Assembly (NCBI GenBank): GCA_964558595.1
Contig: CAZLER010000006.1
Coordinates: 3,892-67,891 of the forward strand
From: an uncultured Thermotogae bacterium
GTDB lineage: Bacteria; Bipolaricaulota; Bipolaricaulia; UBA7950; UBA9294
Length of the DNA: 64,000 bases
Reading direction: 5' to 3'
Program-made: the position numbers and the translations under genes
Notes under the pieces: generated by a model
Databases searched by the model: none
Seen by the model: only the letters and a program-made list of their open reading frames with translations
What the model was told of the DNA's origin: nothing
Shown: positions 29,370-39,141 of the stretch, in pieces
Position numbering within the stretch: the stretch's first letter is position 1
Layout of the letters: every line of letters begins with the position of its first letter

Positions 29370-29774
29370 TTACCAGACTTCGCAGAGGACCTCGCCGCCG
29401 ATCCCCCGCGACGATGCCTCTTTGCCCGACAGGATTCCCTGCGACGTCGAAACGATCGCCACGCCCATACCCGCCAGCGGGCGCGGGATCTCGTCTTTGC
29501 CCGCGTAAACGCGGCGGCTCGGCTTGCTCACCAGGCGGATTTCACTGATCGCCTGTCGTGCGGTCATCCGGTCCCCCTGGTACTTCAGCCGGATCCGCAG
29601 CTTGGGCTGAGGCGTCTCCTCGATCACGTCGAATCCCTCGATGTACCCCTCCTGCTCCAGAATCCCAGCGATCGCTTCCTTGATCTTCGAATGCGGCATC
29701 GCGACATCGGAATGGAAGCGGCGATTCGCGTTGCGAATCCGGGTGAGCATGTCGCCAATCGGGTATGGAATCAT
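29370..29774 (-). CDS. rpsH: 30S ribosomal protein S8
   Basis: DMLTRIRNA motif. Start at MIPYPIGD. Confidence 0.85.
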   Translation of the reverse strand: MIPYPIGDMLTRIRNANRRFHSDVAMPHSKIKEAIAGILEQEGYIEGFDVIEETPQPKLRIRLKYQGDRMTARQAISEIRLVSKPSRRVYAGKDEIPRPLAGMGVAIVSTSQGILSGKEASSRGIGGEVLCEVW

Positions 29775-29785
29775 CCTGTCCCCTT

Positions 29786-29971
29786 CTACCAGCTTGCCTT
29801 CTTGACGCCCGGGATCTCGCCGTGATGCGCCAGCTTTCGGAAACACAGCCGACAGATCCCGAAATCGCGGATGTACCCGTGGGGTCGTCCACACAAGGTG
29901 CAGCGATGGTAGGCGCGCGCCTTGTACTTCGGCGTCCTCTTCGTCTTCACGATCAGCGCTGTTCTTGCCAT
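29786..29971 (-). CDS. rpsN: 30S ribosomal protein S14 type Z (zinc-binding, 61 aa)
   Basis: CTLCGRPHG...CRLCFR Cys4. Confidence 0.85.
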   Translation of the reverse strand: MARTALIVKTKRTPKYKARAYHRCTLCGRPHGYIRDFGICRLCFRKLAHHGEIPGVKKASW

Positions 29972-29981
29972 CGTTGACTCC

Positions 29982-30512
29982 TTAGTCCTTGAACGGGAAA
30001 CCGAGCGCCTTGAGCAGCGCGTACCCCTCGCGATCGGTGCGTGCGCTCGTCACGATCGTGATGTCCATCCCCTGTGCCTTCACGACCTCGTTGTACTCGA
30101 TCTCCGGGAAGGTGATCTGCTCGCTTAACCCGAGGGTGTAGTTCCCCCGGCCGTCGAACGAGCCGGACGACAGCCCGCGGAAGTCCCGGATCCCCGGCAA
30201 CACGACATTGAACAGCCGATTGAGGAACTCGTAGGCACGTTGTCTCCGGAGGGTCACCCGACAACCGATCGGATCCCCCTGGACCAGCTTGAAATCGGAG
30301 ATCGACTTCCTCGCCCGGGTGACGACCGGCTTCTGCCCGGTCATCTTCGCCAGATTGCCGACCGCGCCCTCCAGCACCTTCGGGTTGTCCTTGTCCCCTA
30401 CGCCCATGTTGACGACCACCTTGGTGACGCGTGGAACCTCCATCACGTTGGACAGCTCCAGCTCGTCCCCAAGCTTGGGGACGATCTCGTTCTCGTACCG
30501 TTCGCGTAGCAT
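29982..30512 (-). CDS. rplE: 50S ribosomal protein L5
   Basis: Start at [12 protein letters not shown]. Confidence 0.9.
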   Translation of the reverse strand: MLRERYENEIVPKLGDELELSNVMEVPRVTKVVVNMGVGDKDNPKVLEGAVGNLAKMTGQKPVVTRARKSISDFKLVQGDPIGCRVTLRRQRAYEFLNRLFNVVLPGIRDFRGLSSGSFDGRGNYTLGLSEQITFPEIEYNEVVKAQGMDITIVTSARTDREGYALLKALGFPFKD

Positions 30513-30514
30513 GA

Positions 30515-30826
30515 TCACTCGAAGATCTCCCCGCATTGCTTGCAGCGTCGCATTTTCCGGCCATCGACCTCGGTGAACCCGACCCGGGTCGGTTCGTCGC
30601 ATTCCGGGCAGATCGGCAGCGCATTGGAGATGTGAATCGTCCCCTCGCGCTGGATGATCCCGGGCTGCCGTAGGCTCTGGGTCGCCCGCTGGTGCTTGGT
30701 GATCATGTTCACGTTCTCCACGATGATCCGATCACGCTCCGGAATCACCGCGAGCACCCGTCCGATCCGGCCGCGGTCGTTGCCCGCCACCACTTGAACA
30801 CGATCTCCCTTGCGTATCTTCCTCAT
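30515..30826 (-). CDS. rplX: 50S ribosomal protein L24 with Cys4 zinc-ribbon in C-terminal half
   Basis: KOW motif at the N-terminus. CPEC...CKQC in the C-terminal half. Confidence 0.85.
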   Translation of the reverse strand: MRKIRKGDRVQVVAGNDRGRIGRVLAVIPERDRIIVENVNMITKHQRATQSLRQPGIIQREGTIHISNALPICPECDEPTRVGFTEVDGRKMRRCKQCGEIFE

Positions 30827-30836
30827 GCTCTCTCTC

Positions 30837-31205
30837 CTACAGGACCTCGGGTGCCAGTGACAGGATGCGCATCATCTTCTTCTCACGCAGCTCGCGGGCC
30901 ACCGGCCCAAAGACGCGCGTTCCGATCGGCTCGCCTTGGGCGTTGATCAGCACGATGGCGTTGTCGTCGAAACGAACGTAGGTCCCGTCCTTCCGGCGAA
31001 ACGGTCGCCGGGTTCGGACGATCACTCCGCGCACGATCTGTCCCTTCTCGATGTCGCTCGTCGGAAGCCGCTTGCGCACCGAGCCGACGATGATATCCCC
31101 GATCTCCCCGGCGCGCCGGTGGGAGGGACCCAACACATTGATACAGCGGACGGACTTCGCGCCCGAGTTGTCCGCCACCTTGACCATGGTCTGCATCTGG
31201 ATCAT
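30837..31205 (-). CDS. rplN: 50S ribosomal protein L14
   Basis: Start at [17 protein letters not shown]. Confidence 0.9.
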   Translation of the reverse strand: MIQMQTMVKVADNSGAKSVRCINVLGPSHRRAGEIGDIIVGSVRKRLPTSDIEKGQIVRGVIVRTRRPFRRKDGTYVRFDDNAIVLINAQGEPIGTRVFGPVARELREKKMMRILSLAPEVL

Positions 31206-31207
31206 CG

Positions 31208-31453
31208 CTATGCCTCCGCCTTCTCGACGATCCCGACCAGTCGCCATCGCTTCGTCCGGCTGAGCGGGCGGCACTCCTCGATCCGAACCAGGTCGCCGAC
31301 CGACGCCTCCTCGCCCGGATCGTGTGCGTGAAACTTGAAGTGCCTGCTGATGTGCTTCCGGTACCGCGGGTGCAGGCGCCGCTCCTCCGCTCGAACGACG
31401 ATCGTCTGCGCCATGCGATCGCTGACGACCCGCCCGATCTTGCTCTTCTTCAT
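31208..31453 (-). CDS. rpsQ: 30S ribosomal protein S17
   Basis: Sequence and position. Confidence 0.85.
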   Translation of the reverse strand: MKKSKIGRVVSDRMAQTIVVRAEERRLHPRYRKHISRHFKFHAHDPGEEASVGDLVRIEECRPLSRTKRWRLVGIVEKAEA

Positions 31454-31650
31454 CGCGTCGCCTCCTGCATCTTCTGCCCGATTACCGTCAGAACCCGCGC
31501 GATCTCCCGCCGAGTCTTCTTCAGCTCCGCCGTGTTGTCGAGCTCGCCGCTGGCACGTTGAAACCGCAGGTTGAACAGCTTTCGTTTCAATTCCGCTTCG
31601 TGCTGGACCAGCTCGTCACGCGTCATCTCCCGCAGTTCCGCCGCTCTCAT
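31450..31650 (-). CDS. rpmC: 50S ribosomal protein L29
   Basis: Sequence and position. Confidence 0.8.
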   Translation of the reverse strand: MRAAELREMTRDELVQHEAELKRKLFNLRFQRASGELDNTAELKKTRREIARVLTVIGQKMQEATR

Positions 31651-32078
31651 GCCTCGCCTCCCAGCACAATCCGGCGCTTCAGCCGCGTCTGGATCGGCAG
31701 CTTGTGCCCGACGAGCTTGTGGATGCGCTTCGCCTGCTGGTCATTGACCCCCGAGATCTCAAACAGAACGGTTCCCGGGCGAACCGAGGCGACCCAATGA
31801 TCGACCGCACCCTTTCCTTTTCCCATGCGCGCTTCGGCAGGATGCTTGGTGATCGGCTTGTCGGGAAAGACGCGGATCCAGATCCGTGCGCCTCGCTGGG
31901 TCGTCCGAGCGATCGTCGTCCGGCAAGCTTCGATCTGTGCCGACGAGATCCATGCCGGCTCCAGCGACTGGATCCCGAACTCACCGAACTCGACCCGTCC
32001 GCCCCGCGTCGCCTTTCCCCTTCGCCGCCCCCGATGGGTCTTCCGGTGCTTCGTTCGCTTCGGAAACAGAAGTGCCAT
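31647..32078 (-). CDS. rplP: 50S ribosomal protein L16
   Basis: Sequence and position. Confidence 0.9.
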   Translation of the reverse strand: MALLFPKRTKHRKTHRGRRRGKATRGGRVEFGEFGIQSLEPAWISSAQIEACRTTIARTTQRGARIWIRVFPDKPITKHPAEARMGKGKGAVDHWVASVRPGTVLFEISGVNDQQAKRIHKLVGHKLPIQTRLKRRIVLGGEA

Positions 32079-32079
32079 G

Positions 32080-32733
32080 TCACGTACCCTCGTCCTGTCG
32101 CACTCGATGCGGCCGCTCGCCGCGGAATACCCACGCCTTGACTCCGATATGCCCGTACTTCGTCCGCGCTTCCACCAACCCGTAGTCGATGTCGGCGCGT
32201 AGCGTCTGTAGCGGAATCCGTCCGTTTTTCATCGTGATCGACCGCGCGATGTCGCCGCCGCCCAGCCGCCCGCTGACCTTGATCTTGATCCCGCCGGCGC
32301 CAGCGCCCATGACACGACGCATCGCTTCCTTCATCGCCCGGGCGGGGGCGGTCCGGTTCTCGATCTGGATGGCGACGTCTTGTGCGATCAGCCGTGCCTC
32401 CAAATCGGGCCGCTCAATCTCCTGAATCGAGATCTTCACCGTCCGACCGGTTAGCCGCTCGAGCTGCCTCTGTAGCTTCTCGATCTCGCTTCCACCCCGG
32501 CCGATGATGATCCCCGGCCGCGCCGAGCGGATGACGATCGATACACGGTCCTCCTTCGACCGCTCGATGTTCACCTCCGACACGGACGCTCGCCGGTATC
32601 GCTCGTAGACATGCTCGCGGATCCGTCGATCCTCGGCGATGTACTCGGGAGCGAGCTCGGGGTTGAACCAGTTCGATACCCATTTGCGGTTCACGCCGAC
32701 GCGAAAACCGACAGGATGGACCTTCTGTCCCAT
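32080..32733 (-). CDS. rpsC: 30S ribosomal protein S3
   Basis: KH domain. Position. Confidence 0.9.
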   Translation of the reverse strand: MGQKVHPVGFRVGVNRKWVSNWFNPELAPEYIAEDRRIREHVYERYRRASVSEVNIERSKEDRVSIVIRSARPGIIIGRGGSEIEKLQRQLERLTGRTVKISIQEIERPDLEARLIAQDVAIQIENRTAPARAMKEAMRRVMGAGAGGIKIKVSGRLGGGDIARSITMKNGRIPLQTLRADIDYGLVEARTKYGHIGVKAWVFRGERPHRVRQDEGT

Positions 32734-33077
32734 TATGCTTCACCCTCCCTGTCGCCGACCACAATCGTGATGTGGCTCGTCGGCCGGCGGATGATATCCG
32801 CCCGCCCGTACGCACGGGGTCGGAGCCGCCGCAGCGATCTACCCATGTCCACCGTCGCCCTGACGATGACCAGATCGTCGACGTCAACGTCGTAGTTGTT
32901 TTCGGCGTTGGCGATCGCCGACTCCAACGTCTTGCGGATCGGCCGCGCTGCCTTCTTGGTGGACAGGACGACGATTCGCAGCGCCTCGTTCACGTTCTTG
33001 CCGCGGATCGCATCGACGACCTGCCGCGCCTTTCGCGGCGAAACCCGCACATACCTCGAGATTGCCCGTGTCTCCAT
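32733..33077 (-). CDS. rplV: 50S ribosomal protein L22
   Basis: Sequence and position. Confidence 0.85.
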   Translation of the reverse strand: METRAISRYVRVSPRKARQVVDAIRGKNVNEALRIVVLSTKKAARPIRKTLESAIANAENNYDVDVDDLVIVRATVDMGRSLRRLRPRAYGRADIIRRPTSHITIVVGDREGEA

Positions 33078-33087
33078 CTGATATCTC

Positions 33088-33372
33088 CTAGGTCAGGCCG
33101 GGTGCCCGCTTCTTCTTCATCCCGCCGTGGCCGCGGAAGGTCCGCGTCGGCGCGAATTCGCCCAGCTTGTGGCCGACCATGTTCTCCACGATGTACACGG
33201 GCACGTGGACCTTGCCGTTGTGTACCTTGATCGTCAGCCCGACCATCTCGGGGGTTATCATGGAAGCCCTCGACCACGTCGTGATCTCGGGAAGCTCTCC
33301 CCGCTTGGCGCGCTGAACCTTCTTCTGAAGGCTCTCCTTGACGTACGGTCCCTTTTTCGTCGACCTCGGCAT
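33088..33372 (-). CDS. rpsS: 30S ribosomal protein S19
   Basis: Sequence and position. Confidence 0.9.
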   Translation of the reverse strand: MPRSTKKGPYVKESLQKKVQRAKRGELPEITTWSRASMITPEMVGLTIKVHNGKVHVPVYIVENMVGHKLGEFAPTRTFRGHGGMKKKRAPGLT

Positions 33373-33381
33373 CCTGACTCC

Positions 33382-34218
33382 TTACCGCCTTCCCTTGCCG
33401 GCCCGGCGCACGATCAACGAGCTGCTCTTCTTCCGCTTCTTCCGCGTTCGACCGCCCTTGGCCAGCTTCCCGGTTGGGGATACTTGCGGGCGTCCGACGT
33501 GCGCTCGACCCTCTCCGCCACCGTGCGGATGGTCGACCGGGTTCATCGCCACGCCACGCACCCGGGGCTTGCGCCCCAGATGTCGTACCCGTCCGGCCTT
33601 TCCATGCTTGACATTCTTGTGATCCGGATTCGACACCTCTCCGATCGTCGCCCGGCAGGCCGTGCTGAAGATCCGGACTTCGCCCGAGGGAAGACGAATA
33701 TGAGCGCGCTTACCCTCTTTGCCGATCAGCTTGGCCGACGTTCCCGCCGATCGCGCGATCTTACCGCCGCTTCCCGGCGAGAACTCCAGATTGTGGATCA
33801 CGGACCCCAGGGGGATGCGCGACAGGGGCATGGCGTTACCGACGCGCACCTCGGCCGTCTCGCCCGCCTCGACCCGCGTCCCGAGTTCCAACTCCATCGG
33901 GGCCACGATATACCGCTTCTCGCCGTCTGCGTAGTGCAGCAACGTGATCCACGCGGAACGGTTCGGGTCGTATTCGCGCGTGATGACGCGCGCCGGGATC
34001 CCGTCCTTGTCGCGGGCGAAGTCGATCAACCGATACCGCCGCTTGTGACCCCCACCACGCCACCGGGAGGTGATCCTTCCCTGGCTGTTGCGTCCTCCCG
34101 TCTTCCGGATCGGTCGCAGCAGGCTCTTCTCGGGAGCAACGTCGGACAGCCGGCCGAAATCGGGATGTTCGGCGTGGCGACGACCCGGAGACGTCGGCTT
34201 GTATCGCTTCAAGGCCAT
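33382..34218 (-). CDS. rplB: 50S ribosomal protein L2
   Basis: Sequence and position. Confidence 0.95.
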   Translation of the reverse strand: MALKRYKPTSPGRRHAEHPDFGRLSDVAPEKSLLRPIRKTGGRNSQGRITSRWRGGGHKRRYRLIDFARDKDGIPARVITREYDPNRSAWITLLHYADGEKRYIVAPMELELGTRVEAGETAEVRVGNAMPLSRIPLGSVIHNLEFSPGSGGKIARSAGTSAKLIGKEGKRAHIRLPSGEVRIFSTACRATIGEVSNPDHKNVKHGKAGRVRHLGRKPRVRGVAMNPVDHPHGGGEGRAHVGRPQVSPTGKLAKGGRTRKKRKKSSSLIVRRAGKGRR

Positions 34219-34224
34219 CTTCGC

Positions 34225-34524
34225 CTACCCTCCCATGATTTCGATCCGGTCCCCCGGGGCAAGGCGCACGATCGCCTTTCGCCACCGAGAGGTCCGTCCG
34301 TGGAGCTGATTCAGCCGCTCGCGCCGCGGCTTTCCCTTTCGGTTCGCCGTCCATACCTTCTCGACGTGAACCTTGAACAGCTCCTCCACCGCCTTCTTGA
34401 TCTCGATCTTGTTGGCACCGAGGGCCACACGGAACGCGTATTTCCGATTCTCCATCTGCCGCCACGTTTCCTCGGTCAGGATCGGAGCGATCACGATGTC
34501 CTCGGGATGCGTGCGCCTCGTCAT
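34225..34524 (-). CDS. rplW: 50S ribosomal protein L23
   Basis: Start chosen at MTRRTHPEDI. Confidence 0.85.
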   Translation of the reverse strand: MTRRTHPEDIVIAPILTEETWRQMENRKYAFRVALGANKIEIKKAVEELFKVHVEKVWTANRKGKPRRERLNQLHGRTSRWRKAIVRLAPGDRIEIMGG

Positions 34525-35159
34525 CGCCGGTACCTCGCTTCCAACTCCTGCACCGCGGCCACCGTCATCAACAGCTGTTCGTGGCGCAGAACATCGTAGA
34601 CGTTGATCCCCCCACAAGCGATACACTTGACCCGAGGCAGGTTGGTGAACGACTTCTTGACCGGTCGATCGTACTCCTCCGATCCGACGACCAGCAGCGT
34701 GCTGCCGGAGAGTCCCAAGCGCTCCAGCAACGCCGCCGCCGCTTTGGTCTTCGGCTCTTCGAACGCGATCCGGTCGATCAACGTCACCTTCTCTTCGCGG
34801 GCGCGGTCCGCCAACGCCGAGCGCAGCGCACCCTGCTTCATCTTCCGGGTCAGCTTCGTCTCATAGGAGCGCGGCCGCGGGCCGAACATCGTCCCGCCCC
34901 CGACCCACAACGGGGAACGTCGGGAGCCCGCCCGAGCCCGTCCGGTCCCCTTCTGCCGCCACGGCTTGCGACCGCCGCCTCTCACCTCACCGCGCGTCTT
35001 CGTCGCATGCGTTCCCTGACGGCGATTCGCCAGCTGCATCCGTACCGCGCGGTACAGCAGATCCTCGTTGACCGGACCGCCGAACAGACGCTCGTCGAGC
35101 GCTTCACGATTCGGATCGTCATTTCCGGCAGCAAACTGGAACAGCTTCGCCTCAGCCAT
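34521..35159 (-). CDS. rplD: 50S ribosomal protein L4
   Basis: Start at MAEAKLFQF. Confidence 0.85.
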   Translation of the reverse strand: MAEAKLFQFAAGNDDPNREALDERLFGGPVNEDLLYRAVRMQLANRRQGTHATKTRGEVRGGGRKPWRQKGTGRARAGSRRSPLWVGGGTMFGPRPRSYETKLTRKMKQGALRSALADRAREEKVTLIDRIAFEEPKTKAAAALLERLGLSGSTLLVVGSEEYDRPVKKSFTNLPRVKCIACGGINVYDVLRHEQLLMTVAAVQELEARYRR

Positions 35160-35775
35160 GTCGCTTCCCCAATTCCAGCAGGGTGCCACGTGCTCCCGGG
35201 GTGGAACCCTTGAGAACCAACAGGTTGCGCTCCGGGTCGACGCGGAGGACCTGCAGCCCCTTGATCTTCACCCGCCGCGCTCCCGTTTGTCCGGGCAGCT
35301 TCTTGCCCTTGAGGACGCGACCCGGCTTCACGCACATCCCCACCGATCCCGGCCGGCGGTGGAAGTGCGATCCGTGCGACTTCGGCCCGCCAGAGAAATC
35401 CCATCGCTTGACGACACCCTGGAAGCCAAGCCCCTTGGACACGCCAGCGACATCGACCTTCTCGCCTTCGTCGAACAGATCGACGCCGATCACGTCCCCG
35501 ATAGTGTACGACTCCGGGTCGTCCACCCGGATTTCGAACAGATGACGGTGTGGAGCGACCTCCGCCTTCCGGTAGTGTCCCCGGAGCGGCTTGGTCGTCT
35601 TCGACTCCTTCATCTGCCCGTACCCGAGTTGTACGGCGTCATATCCGTCGGACGTCACCGTCTTGATCTGTACGACCGTACACGGCTGTGCCTCCACGAC
35701 CGTCGCCCCGACCGCTCGGTCGTCGACGAACAGCTGCGTCATACCGATCTTGCGCCCCAGGATTCCTTGTGCCAT
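35152..35775 (-). CDS. rplC: 50S ribosomal protein L3
   Basis: Sequence and position. Confidence 0.9.
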   Translation of the reverse strand: MAQGILGRKIGMTQLFVDDRAVGATVVEAQPCTVVQIKTVTSDGYDAVQLGYGQMKESKTTKPLRGHYRKAEVAPHRHLFEIRVDDPESYTIGDVIGVDLFDEGEKVDVAGVSKGLGFQGVVKRWDFSGGPKSHGSHFHRRPGSVGMCVKPGRVLKGKKLPGQTGARRVKIKGLQVLRVDPERNLLVLKGSTPGARGTLLELGKRHG

Positions 35776-35805
35776 CGTCCGCTTCCCTCCGTGATCCCGT
35801 CGGTT

Positions 35806-36114
35806 CTAGAGCTTGATCTCGATGTCGATGCCCGTGGGCAGCTCGATGTCCATGAGCGAGTTGATCGTCTCCGAGGTCGGCTCCTTGATGTCGAGAAGCC
35901 GGGTGTGAATCCGACGCTCGAAGTGCTCCATCGACCGCTTGTCGATGTGCGGAGATCGCAGCACGGTGTACACCCGACGTTGCGTCGGAAGCGGAATCGG
36001 GCCGGAGATCTTCGCGCGCGTCTCCTTCGCCGATTCGACGATTCGGTGGATCGAGCTCTCGACCAGTTCGTGATCGTATCCACGCAGCTTGATGCGGATC
36101 TTCTCTCTCGCCAT
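35806..36114 (-). CDS. rpsJ: 30S ribosomal protein S10
   Basis: Sequence. Lies only 2 nt downstream of the fusA stop (no tuf in between). Confidence 0.9.
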   Translation of the reverse strand: MAREKIRIKLRGYDHELVESSIHRIVESAKETRAKISGPIPLPTQRRVYTVLRSPHIDKRSMEHFERRIHTRLLDIKEPTSETINSLMDIELPTGIDIEIKL

Positions 36115-36116
36115 GG

Positions 36117-38192
36117 CTAGTACCCTCTACTCCGAATGATCTGTTCCTTCAACCCCTCGGGGACCAGGTCGTAACGCACGACCCGCAGCGAGTACGTCGC
36201 CCTCCCCTGGGTCAAAGAGCGCAGCCGCGTGGCATACCCGAACGTTTCTGCCAACGGGATCGCGACCCTGAGGATCTGCACCGTCTCCCGCGGCAGGAGT
36301 TCTCGGATTTCCCCGCGCCTGCGCGCCAGGTCCTCCATCACCTCACCCAGGTACTCGCTGGGGGTGATGACCTCACCTTCCATCATCGGCTCCAGAAGCT
36401 CGAACGCCCGTTCACTATACGCTTTGCGCAACGCTTCGGAGGTCGCAGCCCGGAACGCGATCTCAGACGAGTCGACCGGATGAAATGACCCACCGAACAA
36501 GGTGGCTCCGATATCGGCCAAAGGATACCCGGCCAACGGCCCGTTTGTCAACGTAGCACGCACTGTGCTCTCCACCGCCTCCCGATACGCTTTGGGAACC
36601 TCTTCCTCGGTGGCGGTGCAAGCGAAGCGGATCCCCTCGCCGCGTTCCAGCGGCTCGAGACGCAGCTTCACATGGCCATACTGACCGCGCCCCCCCGCCG
36701 GTTTCACGAACTCCTCCTCGACCTCGAGGGTCCGAACGAGCGTTTCTCGGTATGCCACCTGGGGTTGCCCCACGTGGACCGTCAGATTGGACTCCTCGTG
36801 AAGCCGCCGGACGAGCACCTCGAGATGCAGCTCTCCCATCCCCGCGATGATCGTCTGGTTGGTTGCTTCGTCCACCCGGACATGAAACGTTGGATCCTCG
36901 TGGGCGAGCTTGGTGAGCTCGTCCATCAGCTCGCCGAACTCCGCCTCCGTTCGCGGTTCCACCGCGACGAACACGACCGGCTCGGGAAACTCGATCTTCT
37001 CCAGCAGAATCGGGGACGCCTTATCGCACAGCGTATCGCCGGTGGCGATCGGTTGTGATCCGACGATCGCCACGATGTCGCCGGCTCGCATCGTCTCGAG
37101 CGCCGTGCGCCGGTTGGCGTGCATGCGAAAGAGCTTCGTCAAGCGGAGCCCCTTCTCGGTCGAGGCGTTGTACAGGTGGCCGCCGGCCGACACGGTCCCC
37201 GAGTAGACCCGGACGAACACGAGCTGGCCGGCATACCGGTCGCTGACGACCTTGAACGCAAGGGCGGCAAACGGTCCATCGGGATCGGCTCGGCGTACGC
37301 CCTCTCCTTCCACCCCGCGGATCGGAGGAACGTCGCTGGGGGCAGGAAGGTAGCGCACCACCGCATCGAGAAGCGGCTGGATCCCCTGGTTCTGAAACGC
37401 CGATCCTCCGAGGACGGGGACCATCCCCTGCTCGAGGCAGCCCCTCCGCAACGCCCGATGGAAAAGCTCGGAGGGAATACGTTCCCCCGTCAGGTACAGC
37501 TCCATGACCTGGTCGTCGATCTCGGCGACCCGCTCGATCGCCGTTTCTCGCATCCGGGTGGCCTCTTCGACCAGCTCCGTCGGGATCTCGCTGCGGCCGA
37601 CCACCGCACCCAGCGACGAGGCATCCCAGCTCAGCAGCTGTTCTTCGATCAGATCGACCAGGCCGCACAACCGTCGCTCCTCGTCGCGGCATGGCATGAT
37701 CAGCGGCACGGCGACCGCCCCGAGTCGCTCCTCAATCATTTCCAGGGTGCCGGAGAAGCTGGACTCGACGCGGTCCAGTTTGTTGACGAAGGCGATCCGA
37801 GGAACCTTGTACCGGTCCGCCTGGCGCCACACCGTTTCCGACTGCGATTCGACCATCTCGACGCCGGAGAAGATGACGATCCCGCCGTCGAGGATCCGCA
37901 GCGCACGCTCGACCTCGGCCGTGAAGTCGACGTGGCCGGGGGTATCGATCAGGTTGAGGGTGTGGTCCAGCCACGTGCACGTCGTCGCCGCCGACGTGAT
38001 CGTGATCCCGCGCTCCCGCTCTTGGGCCATCCAGTCCATCTCGGTGTCACCCTCGTGGACCTCGCCCATGCGGTGGATCTGCCCGCTGTAGAAGAGGATT
38101 CGCTCCGTCGCGGTGGTCTTTCCCGCGTCGATGTGCGCCATGATGCCGATGTTGCGGATCCTGCCCAGCTCAACCATCGCAGCATCGGCCAT
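36117..38192 (-). CDS. fusA: elongation factor G
   Basis: GTPase G1-G5 motifs (AHIDAGKTT, DTPGHVDF, NKLD). Full five-domain length. Confidence 0.95.
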   Translation of the reverse strand: MADAAMVELGRIRNIGIMAHIDAGKTTATERILFYSGQIHRMGEVHEGDTEMDWMAQERERGITITSAATTCTWLDHTLNLIDTPGHVDFTAEVERALRILDGGIVIFSGVEMVESQSETVWRQADRYKVPRIAFVNKLDRVESSFSGTLEMIEERLGAVAVPLIMPCRDEERRLCGLVDLIEEQLLSWDASSLGAVVGRSEIPTELVEEATRMRETAIERVAEIDDQVMELYLTGERIPSELFHRALRRGCLEQGMVPVLGGSAFQNQGIQPLLDAVVRYLPAPSDVPPIRGVEGEGVRRADPDGPFAALAFKVVSDRYAGQLVFVRVYSGTVSAGGHLYNASTEKGLRLTKLFRMHANRRTALETMRAGDIVAIVGSQPIATGDTLCDKASPILLEKIEFPEPVVFVAVEPRTEAEFGELMDELTKLAHEDPTFHVRVDEATNQTIIAGMGELHLEVLVRRLHEESNLTVHVGQPQVAYRETLVRTLEVEEEFVKPAGGRGQYGHVKLRLEPLERGEGIRFACTATEEEVPKAYREAVESTVRATLTNGPLAGYPLADIGATLFGGSFHPVDSSEIAFRAATSEALRKAYSERAFELLEPMMEGEVITPSEYLGEVMEDLARRRGEIRELLPRETVQILRVAIPLAETFGYATRLRSLTQGRATYSLRVVRYDLVPEGLKEQIIRSRGY

Positions 38193-38246
38193 GACATCCT
38201 CATTTCATCGCTTGGGGAGAAGCGGATCCTGGCGGCGAGACGGGCG

Positions 38247-38705
38247 CTACCAGCGGTAGTGGGCGAATGCCTTGTTCGCCTCCGCCATGCGGTGGGAGTC
38301 GATGCGCTTGTTGTACGCCTTGCCCTCTTTCTTGGCGGCGTCGAGGATCTCCCCCGCCAGCCGCTCGGCCATCGTATTCTCACCGCGGTCGCGGGCCGCC
38401 CGCACCATCCACCGCAACGCCAGGGCGATCTGCCGATCCACAGGCACCTCGTAGGGCACCTGGTAGTTGGCACCGCCGACGCGGCGCGTTCGGACCTCCA
38501 GCCGCGGGGCGCAGTTGGTGACCGCCTCGTTGAACGTCTCCAGCGGCGGAGAATCGCTGCGCTCGTCGACCAGCGTCAGCGCCGAATACACGGTTCGCTC
38601 CGCAGCCGACTTCTTCCCATCGACCATGATGTAGTTCATCAGCTTCGCCAGCAGCTTGCTGTTGTACCGCATATCGGGGGTGACATCCCGTCCCGGTATC
38701 TTCAT
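38247..38705 (-). CDS. rpsG: 30S ribosomal protein S7
   Basis: Sequence and position. Confidence 0.9.
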   Translation of the reverse strand: MKIPGRDVTPDMRYNSKLLAKLMNYIMVDGKKSAAERTVYSALTLVDERSDSPPLETFNEAVTNCAPRLEVRTRRVGGANYQVPYEVPVDRQIALALRWMVRAARDRGENTMAERLAGEILDAAKKEGKAYNKRIDSHRMAEANKAFAHYRW

Positions 38706-38714
38706 CGACCTCTC

Positions 38715-39086
38715 CTAGCTCCCCTTCTTCGCCCCATACTTCGAACGTCCCTGCTGGCGCCCTTCGACTCCCTCCGCATCGAGCGTTCCGCGTACCACAT
38801 GGTAGCGGACGCCCGGCAGGTCCTTGACCCGCCCTCCGCGGACCAACACCATCGAGTGCTCCTGGAGGTTGTGTCCCTCGCCTCCGATGTAGGCGGTGAC
38901 CTCCTTGCCGTTGCTCAGGCGCACGCGGGCCACCTTTCGCAGGGCGGAATTCGGCTTCTTCGGCGTTCGGGTGGTCACACGGGTGCACACCCCACGACGC
39001 TGCGGACAGGCATCAAGCTGAGGAGCCTTTCGCTTCTTGAGCTTGGGCTTTCGCCCCTTTCGAATCAGCTGATTGATTGTTGGCAT
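38715..39086 (-). CDS. rpsL: 30S ribosomal protein S12
   Basis: [11 protein letters not shown] start; PNSALRK motif. Confidence 0.95.
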   Translation of the reverse strand: MPTINQLIRKGRKPKLKKRKAPQLDACPQRRGVCTRVTTRTPKKPNSALRKVARVRLSNGKEVTAYIGGEGHNLQEHSMVLVRGGRVKDLPGVRYHVVRGTLDAEGVEGRQQGRSKYGAKKGS

Positions 39087-39141
39087 CTCATCTCCCTAGC
39101 GTATGGGCCGGATTATAGGTACCGTCCGTCCGGCGTTCAAC

